DNA from: a virus
Length of the DNA stretch: 64,000 bases
IMG/VR virus record: IMGVR_UViG_3300027971_000031
Coordinates: 43,127 to 107,126 of that record
Strand: one strand, 5' to 3'
Positions 57,297 through 64,000 of the stretch are shown piece after piece. Numbering within the stretch: position 1 is the first letter of the stretch; the number at the start of each line of letters is the position of its first letter. Below the pieces are notes generated by a model. It was not told where the DNA came from. It ran no database searches and saw only the letters and a program-made list of their open reading frames with translations. Both the position numbers and the translations under genes were made by a program.

Positions 57297-57809
57297 ATGG
57301 AAAAATTAGTTCCGATAACGAGATTAGGTAAATTCTTTGGTGGTGAAGATTTTGACCTTGATATTGGTATGGGTCAAGAATGGTTGGAGGGTGATATGAA
57401 CTTTACCATTGTGTTATATCGTATTGACCGTTATAAGACAAAGAAGGATGACGTTTATGGTGAAGTCATGGAAGACGGTATTCAATTCATGGCACCTGTT
57501 GAATTAAAAGGATTGGTTCAAGTTATGGCACCAACCAATAAATTCTATGGTAATTCCAAAGTTGAAATCCAAGAGCCAGGAAATATGAAATTCTCAATTT
57601 ATCAAAAACAACTTGAAGATTTGAATGTTGAAATATTCATGGGTGATTATATTGGATATTATGAAACCGAGGACCGAGTTAGATATTATTCTGTTAGTGA
57701 TGACGGATACGTTAGGTCCGACAATAAACACACATATGGTGGGTACAAACCATTTTATAGAACAATTACCGCCACATGGGTAAGTGAAAACGAATTTAGA
57801 GGATTATAA
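57297..57809 (+). CDS. Head-closure/neck protein, gp14-like
   Basis: LYRID...DDVYGE...F..PVEL, GD.I; position between gp13-like and gp15-like genes; TATTTAT 6 nt upstream. Confidence 0.6.
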   Translation: MEKLVPITRLGKFFGGEDFDLDIGMGQEWLEGDMNFTIVLYRIDRYKTKKDDVYGEVMEDGIQFMAPVELKGLVQVMAPTNKFYGNSKVEIQEPGNMKFSIYQKQLEDLNVEIFMGDYIGYYETEDRVRYYSVSDDGYVRSDNKHTYGGYKPFYRTITATWVSENEFRGL

Positions 57810-58222
57810 TGAGAGTCGTTATTACAGAATCACAATTTGATAATTTATTCTTGGGTAAGAAGGTAATGGTCTATTACAACTTACACAAACAGACATTTTC
57901 TGTGACATACGACAGTAAAGTTATTATGCACGCTGACTATGTTAAGTTAGGTGATGTTGAATTCAGAGTTAGAAAAGGTGGTAAAGAACGAGTTCGTTCT
58001 GAAAAATCAAAAAACGTTCACGCATTTGTGATTGGAAGATTATTGGATTATTGTGAATATCCTTGTGATGACATTCCAAATCCACCGTCTGACATGATTG
58101 TGACATACAATCCTTATAGACACGATTCATTTGTTTATAAACAAAGTGAAGAACCCGTTTATAGAGCCGAAGAAGTTGATATGATTAATTCACAAAATAA
58201 ACTATTTGTAGTAAAAGAATAA
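57809..58222 (+). CDS. Conserved phage protein (VYYNLHK...NVHAFV...YNPY) with N-terminal VITESQ tag
   Basis: Motif family recalled from diverse phages; function unknown. Confidence 0.65.
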   Translation: MRVVITESQFDNLFLGKKVMVYYNLHKQTFSVTYDSKVIMHADYVKLGDVEFRVRKGGKERVRSEKSKNVHAFVIGRLLDYCEYPCDDIPNPPSDMIVTYNPYRHDSFVYKQSEEPVYRAEEVDMINSQNKLFVVKE

Positions 58223-59266
58223 ATGCCGTTACCAAGAACCATAGTCAAACCAACATTACCTTTGGTACCAAAAAAAGTTTTATCTGAAAGAAGAGAACAA
58301 CTTTTAGAATATATTAAAGATGATGGAACTTATTTACCTAAGTCAGTATTACATGCCGACTTGGATAGGGGAATGCTTGATTTTGTTAAGACCGAACTTG
58401 AAGTTGTCACTGCAGGTAAAATTGTTCCTTTATTAGATGTTATTATTACAACTCAAAACTGGACACAATATTTAGAAACATGGCAATTTGTGGATATGGA
58501 TTACAATCCCGCCCCGCCATTTATTACGGTAGTTAGAACACCTGAAGTTAAGTATGGTACAAACCCATCACTTCAATATACAATTCCAAATAGAAAACAA
58601 TTTTATTACGCTTCGGTTCCAACATGGAACGGAAACGAACAAGGTATGGACATTTATACAATTCCACAACCCGTTCCTGTAGATATTAATTATCAAGTTA
58701 AAATCATTTGTAATAGAATGAGAGAGTTGAATCAACTTAATAAAATTGTAATGCAAACTTTTTCATCAAGACAAGCATATACTTTTATTAAGGGTCAGTA
58801 TGTTCCAATTGTAATGAATAATGTATCTGATGAATCACAACTTAATATGGAGTCAAGAAAGTATTATGTTCAAAGTTATGATTTTACTATGTTGGGGTAT
58901 TTGATTGATGAAGAAGAATTTGAAGTAAAACCTGCAATTCAAAGAGTTACACAATTAATTGAAATGGATACTTCATCAAGAAAACGAAGAATAGATAAAT
59001 TTCCAAAAAACCCTGATGAGTTTCAAATGCCATTTTTATTTGTTTCAGGTAATACCGTTTTAACAGATAGAATTGATTTTACCGCTAATATGAATTTGGT
59101 ATCCACAAACAATGTTGATACTTTTGATGTATATATTAATGACGATTATTATGGTAGTGATTTACAAATAATTGAAATCACAACAAACGATATTTTAAGG
59201 ATTGAAGTTACAAAAAATGACGACACCCAAGAATCCAATATATTGTACGAAAACAAATTAGTTTAA
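58223..59266 (+). CDS. Tail terminator/sheath-stabiliser, gp15-like
   Basis: PPFITVVR, IPQPVPVDINYQVKI...ELNQL, F..LGYL; upstream of the sheath gene. Confidence 0.65.
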   Translation: MPLPRTIVKPTLPLVPKKVLSERREQLLEYIKDDGTYLPKSVLHADLDRGMLDFVKTELEVVTAGKIVPLLDVIITTQNWTQYLETWQFVDMDYNPAPPFITVVRTPEVKYGTNPSLQYTIPNRKQFYYASVPTWNGNEQGMDIYTIPQPVPVDINYQVKIICNRMRELNQLNKIVMQTFSSRQAYTFIKGQYVPIVMNNVSDESQLNMESRKYYVQSYDFTMLGYLIDEEEFEVKPAIQRVTQLIEMDTSSRKRRIDKFPKNPDEFQMPFLFVSGNTVLTDRIDFTANMNLVSTNNVDTFDVYINDDYYGSDLQIIEITTNDILRIEVTKNDDTQESNILYENKLV

Positions 59267-59424
59267 TCTTCTCCGTAGATATCTTTCTTCTCTTTACACT
59301 TTTCAAAGATTAAATTCTCCAAAAATTTATAAATCTTGATTCCACGCTTATCACAGTACTTTTTTAGGATATCATGTGATTCAGGGGATATTTTGATGTT
59401 CTTTATTTCTTTCTTGATTTTCAT
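59263..59424 (-). CDS. Small ribbon-helix-helix-like DNA-binding protein (not in ORF track)
   Basis: MKIKKEIKNIKISPESHDILKKYCDKRGIKIYKFLENLIFEKCKEKKDIYGED (53 aa); TATTTAT at 59460-59466 (minus). Confidence 0.7.
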   Translation of the reverse strand: MKIKKEIKNIKISPESHDILKKYCDKRGIKIYKFLENLIFEKCKEKKDIYGED

Positions 59425-59544
59425 GGGTAGAAAAAAGGCAGAATTTATTCATACCGTTTATAAATACTTATCCAAAAGTAAAGTTTTTTCATTAAAAGTC
59501 GAATATTTATCTATAAAATAAATCTGTAACAGAATAATTTAATA

Positions 59545-62500
59545 ATGGCAACACAAGCAAATCAAAAAGTATTCGTATCACCAGGCGTTTACACATCTGA
59601 AACCGACCTATCATTCGTAGCCCAAAGTGTGGGGGTAACGACTTTAGGTCTTGTTGGGGAAACTATAAAAGGCCCAGCATTTGAACCAGTATTCATAACA
59701 AATTACGATGAGTTCCAAGCCTACTTTGGTGGAACCGAACCCGTTAAATTTTATAACACTCAAATCCCAAAATATGAGGCTGCATATATTGCTAAATCAT
59801 ACTTGCAACAATCAAACCAATTGTTTGTTACAAGAGTATTGGGTTTGTCGGGTTATGATGCGGGTCCATCTTGGAGTCTTTCATTAATTGCTAATGTTGA
59901 CCCAACAACGATTGGTTCACCATCAAACGCAACAACATTTACCGCAACATTTACTGGTACATCATCAGGAAATACAATTACCTTTATAAGTGGGGCGTTA
60001 CCTGCTCAAGTTCAGGCGAATTTGAATGTTCAATACAGATTACAAGACGGTTCAACATCTACAATACAAGAGGATTTTAACACATATTTAGGTAACATAA
60101 TTGACACACCATCTCTTTCGGCAACAACATCCGTAGTATATGGTGCAATTCCTGATGATGATTATACACCATTAATTAACTCATACCCAACAGTTCAAAA
60201 TCCTTATAATTGTATTAACGATTTTGAACTTAATGATTTATCGTCATCTGAAAATGACCCGTGGCTTTATGCTAACTTTGATATTTCTTCAGGAAATAAC
60301 TATACAGGTTATTCGTTCTACTATGTTGTTAATAGTTTAAGTTCAGGTGGCAGTGGTAGTTTTACTGGTACAGTTACAGGTGAAACATATACATTTACAG
60401 GTACTGCATACACAGAATTCAATAACATGGTTGTTGGTACTCTTCGTTCAAGAGGTATTACTCAATATGTTAATTCTGCGGATAGTATTGACCACGGACC
60501 TGTTTACGAAGTAGGTATTGATTACGAAAACGACAACGCTTGGGTTCCTAATAATTTACAATTAATTTGTACTGGACAATATTCAGGTATAACTGACACA
60601 CCATATGGAACATTCTTGTTATCAGGTGTAACTAAAGATAATAATACATTCTCATTAGAAACTTCATTATTGGCATCTTCTGCAAAATACATTACAAAAG
60701 TGTTGGGAGTTGATAATTTTGGTAAATCAAGATTTGAAGTTCCAATTTATGTTGAGGAAATTTATCAAGGAAGTTTAAATTATGCTTATAGTCAAGGATA
60801 CATTCGTGGATTGAATTGTGACTTAATTGCATTACCAGACGCAAGAAGTCAATCAAGTCAATCAATTGCATGGAATTTAGAAAAATACCAATCACCTGAA
60901 ACACCTTATTTGGTTTCTGAATTAAGAGGTAATAAGGTATATAACTTATTTAAGTTTATATCAATTTCTGATGGAGATTCAGCAAACACTGAAGTTAAAG
61001 TGTCAATTGCAAACTTATCATATAACAATATGTCGTTTGATGTTTTTGTTAGAAATTTCTTTGATACAGATGCAAACCCTGTTGTAATTGAAAAGTTTAC
61101 CAATTGTAACATGGACCCAGCAACTAATAACTTTATTGCGAAAAAAATTGGTTCGTCTAATGGTGAGTTCGCGTTGATTTCAAAATACATCATGGTTGAA
61201 ATGGCAAATGAGTATCCAATCGATTCTTTACCTTGTGGTTTCTACGGTTACACACAAAGAGAATATGAAGATGCTGCAATTTACCCATCACCATATCCTA
61301 AATTTAAAACAAAATACGATTATCCAGGTGAAGTTATTGCTAACCCACCTTTTGGAACACCTATTGGTGGTTCAAATACAGTGGAATCTCCTGGTGATAT
61401 TGTAAGAAGAACTTATTTAGGTTTCTCAACACAATATGGAATTGATGAATCATTCTTAACTTATAAAGGAAAACAAAACCCACAATCAAATTGGGCATTA
61501 GCGACTGACTCAATCAAATGGAATTACTTAAGTAAAGGTTTCCACATGGATTCAGGAGCAACTGTAGTTACAATTGCGAACACTTCAGAAACAAGTGGTC
61601 AAACAGCGTTTGAATGTGGTGTTGCAGAATTTAGAGCAGACCCAGCAACACAAGATAACCCATACTACTTTATCTACTCAAGAAAATACACTGTGTGTTT
61701 CGCAGGTGGATTTGACGGATGGGATATTTACAGAGAATGGAGAACTAACCAAGACAGATTCCAATTAGGACAGTCAGGTTATTTGGCGGGTACTGCACCA
61801 TCTTCAAGATACCCAACTGCAACAGGTGACGGATTGTTCAAGAGAATTATTGTTCAAAACAATACTCAGGACTTTGCAAATACTGACTACTACGCTTACT
61901 TACTTGGTATTTTGACATTCGCTAATCCTGAAGCAACTAACATTAACGTGTTTGCAAGTGCAAGTATTGACTATATTAACAACTCAAATCTTGTAGAAGA
62001 AGCAATTGACATGATTCAATACTCAAGAGCAGATTCAGTTTATATCTGTACAACTCCTGACTACCAAATGTATACACCAGATTCAACAAGTTCTTTGGAT
62101 ATCATCTATTCACAAGAAGCGGTTGACAACTTGGATAATACAGGAATTGACTCTAACTATACTGCAACTTACTACCCTTGGATTTTAACAAGAGATACTG
62201 TAAACAATACACAAATTTACTTACCACCAACAGGTGAGGTTTGTAGAAACTTAGCACTGACTGATAACATTTCATTCCCTTGGTTCGCATCTGCGGGTTA
62301 CACAAGAGGTCTTGTAAACTCAATCAAAGCTAGGCAAAAACTTACACAAACTGACAGAGATACATTGTATCAAGGTAGAATCAACCCTATCGCAACTTTC
62401 TCTGATGTTGGAACTGTAATTTGGGGTAATAAAACATTACAAATTGCTGACACAGCACTTAACAGATTGAATGTAAGAAGATTATTACTTCAAGCTCGTA

Positions 62501-62772
62501 AGTTAATTTCCGCAGTAGCTGTAAGATTATTGTTTGAACAAAACGACCAAATCGTTAGACAACAATTCTTGGATAGTGTTAACCCTATCTTGGATTCAAT
62601 CAGAAGAGACAGAGGTTTATACGATTTCCGTGTAACTGTTTCATCTTCACCTGAAGACTTAGATAGAAACACATTAACAGGTAAAATTTACTTAAAACCT
62701 ACGAAGGCATTAGAATTCATCGATATCGAATTCTTTATTACTCCAACAGGAGCTTCGTTTGAAAATATTTAA
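59545..62772 (+). CDS. gp18: Tail sheath protein, T4 gp18-like
   Basis: FVSPGVYTSETDLS, GETIKGPAFEP, YTATYYPW, PWFASAGYTRG, LYQGRINPI, WGNKTLQ, LNRLNVRRLL, LFEQND, IYLKPTKALEFI. Confidence 0.96.
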   Translation: MATQANQKVFVSPGVYTSETDLSFVAQSVGVTTLGLVGETIKGPAFEPVFITNYDEFQAYFGGTEPVKFYNTQIPKYEAAYIAKSYLQQSNQLFVTRVLGLSGYDAGPSWSLSLIANVDPTTIGSPSNATTFTATFTGTSSGNTITFISGALPAQVQANLNVQYRLQDGSTSTIQEDFNTYLGNIIDTPSLSATTSVVYGAIPDDDYTPLINSYPTVQNPYNCINDFELNDLSSSENDPWLYANFDISSGNNYTGYSFYYVVNSLSSGGSGSFTGTVTGETYTFTGTAYTEFNNMVVGTLRSRGITQYVNSADSIDHGPVYEVGIDYENDNAWVPNNLQLICTGQYSGITDTPYGTFLLSGVTKDNNTFSLETSLLASSAKYITKVLGVDNFGKSRFEVPIYVEEIYQGSLNYAYSQGYIRGLNCDLIALPDARSQSSQSIAWNLEKYQSPETPYLVSELRGNKVYNLFKFISISDGDSANTEVKVSIANLSYNNMSFDVFVRNFFDTDANPVVIEKFTNCNMDPATNNFIAKKIGSSNGEFALISKYIMVEMANEYPIDSLPCGFYGYTQREYEDAAIYPSPYPKFKTKYDYPGEVIANPPFGTPIGGSNTVESPGDIVRRTYLGFSTQYGIDESFLTYKGKQNPQSNWALATDSIKWNYLSKGFHMDSGATVVTIANTSETSGQTAFECGVAEFRADPATQDNPYYFIYSRKYTVCFAGGFDGWDIYREWRTNQDRFQLGQSGYLAGTAPSSRYPTATGDGLFKRIIVQNNTQDFANTDYYAYLLGILTFANPEATNINVFASASIDYINNSNLVEEAIDMIQYSRADSVYICTTPDYQMYTPDSTSSLDIIYSQEAVDNLDNTGIDSNYTATYYPWILTRDTVNNTQIYLPPTGEVCRNLALTDNISFPWFASAGYTRGLVNSIKARQKLTQTDRDTLYQGRINPIATFSDVGTVIWGNKTLQIADTALNRLNVRRLLLQARKLISAVAVRLLFEQNDQIVRQQFLDSVNPILDSIRRDRGLYDFRVTVSSSPEDLDRNTLTGKIYLKPTKALEFIDIEFFITPTGASFENI

Positions 62773-62782
62773 TAAACATAAC

Positions 62783-62810
62783 GGGGGTACAATTAGTACC
62801 CCCTTTATTT
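62783..62810 (+). terminator. Terminator-like hairpin after the sheath gene
   Basis: GGGGGTAC-AATTA-GTACCCCC followed by TTTATTT. Confidence 0.75.
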
Positions 62811-62817
62811 GCCAAGT

Positions 62818-63648
62818 ATGAAAAGACAACTTAGAGAGGGATTTAAGGGTGAGGGAACACCAGATATGAAATATTATGCGTTTGATTGGGATGACAACAT
62901 TGTTCATATGCCAACAAAGATAATGTTAAAAACTGAAGATGGTGATGAAGTTGGTATGAGTACAGATGATTTTGCAGAATACAGAAGTAAAATTGGAAAA
63001 GAAGATTTTGACTATAATGGTGATACCATTGTTGGATTTTCTGAAGAACCATATAGAAACTTTAGAACCGCAGGTGACAAAGATTTTTTGGTTGATGCTA
63101 TGAGAGCAAAACTTGGACCGGCATTTAATGATTTTAGAGAAGCAATTAATAACGGGTCAATATTTTCAATTATTACTGCGAGAGGCCACAACCCCAACAC
63201 TTTAAAACAAGCCGTTTACAATTATATTATTGACGGGTTTCATGGAATAGATAAAGACCAACTCGTTAAGAACCTTAAAAAATACAGGTCGTTTTTTGAC
63301 GAGGAAGATATGACGGACGATGAATTAATCAAATCGTATTTGGACCTTAACAAATATCATCCAGTGTCTTTTGACGATGAAGAAGGTGCTGCCAACCCTG
63401 AAGAAGCAAAAGTTCGTGCTATGGAAGAGTTTGTTTCTTATATTAAGAAAATGGCGAAAAAGTTAAATAAGAATGCCTTTATTAAAAATGATGTATCTAA
63501 TAACTTTGTTCCAGAGCAACCTAGTATTGGATTTTCAGATGATGATATTAGAAATGTAGAAGTAATGAGTAAGCATTTTAAAAATAAACCAAATAATATA
63601 GTTAAGACTTATTCTACTGCTGGAGGCGTTAAAAAGGAATATAAGTAG
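62818..63648 (+). CDS. HAD-superfamily phosphatase-like protein
   Basis: YAFDWDDNI (DxD), IITARGH, K in EEAKV, GFSDDD..N; ATG at 62818. Confidence 0.75.
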   Translation: MKRQLREGFKGEGTPDMKYYAFDWDDNIVHMPTKIMLKTEDGDEVGMSTDDFAEYRSKIGKEDFDYNGDTIVGFSEEPYRNFRTAGDKDFLVDAMRAKLGPAFNDFREAINNGSIFSIITARGHNPNTLKQAVYNYIIDGFHGIDKDQLVKNLKKYRSFFDEEDMTDDELIKSYLDLNKYHPVSFDDEEGAANPEEAKVRAMEEFVSYIKKMAKKLNKNAFIKNDVSNNFVPEQPSIGFSDDDIRNVEVMSKHFKNKPNNIVKTYSTAGGVKKEYK

Positions 63649-63751
63649 ATAATAATCTCGACAAAATAAAAGTAAAGAGAAAAATTTTTTAACAAGACTA
63701 TATTTATAGGATATAAACAACAAAAAAAAAACAAAAAAAAATTAAAATAAC

Positions 63752-64000
63752 ATGGCTGATTTATTAATGAAAATGCCGATACCTTACGAACCGAAACGCC
63801 AGAACCGTTTCATTTTAAGGTTTCCGTCAAGTTTGGGTATCAACGAATGGTTTGTTGAAAGTGCTGCAAGACCATCTATCAAGATTGGTGCAACTGAAAT
63901 ACAATTTCTAAACACATCTACATTTGTTGCAGGTAGATTTAACTGGGACCCTATCAGTGTTAAGTTCCGTGACCCTATTGGACCGTCAGCAGCTCAAGCT
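63752..64000 (+). CDS. gp19: Tail tube protein, gp19-like (3'-truncated by window edge)
   Basis: MADLLMKMPIPYEPKRQNRFILRFPSSLGINEWFVESAARPSI...FVAGRFNWDPISVKFRDPI; follows the sheath; TATTTAT at 63701. Confidence 0.85.
   Translation, partial: MADLLMKMPIPYEPKRQNRFILRFPSSLGINEWFVESAARPSIKIGATEIQFLNTSTFVAGRFNWDPISVKFRDPIGPSAAQA

Noticed and set aside
509-63723. Many short ORF-track entries antisense to or overlapping long genes (e.g. 859-1263, 4013-4357, 40347-40616, 43818-44030, 59336-59521)
   Set aside because: They are shadows of real genes or of low-complexity repeats, with no motifs or expression signals.
1-64000. Stop-codon reassignment as seen in some large phages
   Set aside because: Genes are full length and densely packed in the standard code, ending mostly in TAA with some TGA and TAG.
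1-64000. tRNA or rRNA genes
   Set aside because: Intergenic gaps are short and AT-rich, and no cloverleaf with T-loop/D-loop consensus was seen by eye; tRNAscan would be needed to be certain.

Overview
AT-rich 64 kb segment of a large T4-like myovirus (jumbo-type) genome read in the standard genetic code. The host is most likely a Bacteroidota: there is a DUF4494-like gene, a TAnnTTTG promoter element, no Shine-Dalgarno signals and a phage bS21. The window contains (i) the head module (portal, bS21 on the opposite strand, prohead protease, scaffold, major capsid protein); (ii) baseplate-type genes and a gp55-like sigma factor; (iii) an ~18 kb nucleotide-sugar/glycosyltransferase island (ColD-like dehydratase, Fcl/ColC-like reductase, GT11, GT10, several GT2/GT4, aminotransferases, acetyl- and methyltransferases) with PhoH, dUTPase and an exonuclease; (iv) a five-gene putative virion cluster, four of them with Thr/Pro-rich mucin-like linkers, followed directly by a GT60-like polypeptide GlcNAc-transferase, a GT25 and two HtrL-like transferases; and (v) family B DNA polymerase, neck genes, a SOD-nuclease fusion, an SNF2-like helicase, tail sheath and the start of the tail tube. 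The strongest candidate for a new system is phage-encoded mucin-type O-glycosylation of the virion, with a possible [S/T]-G-x-T sequon strongly enriched in structural proteins. Other notable signals are a TATTTAT late-promoter motif (about 20 copies, often only 4-6 nt from the ATG) and a family of L/I-x-E-tagged putative capsid cargo proteins. All family assignments come from motif recognition by eye; no database searches were run.
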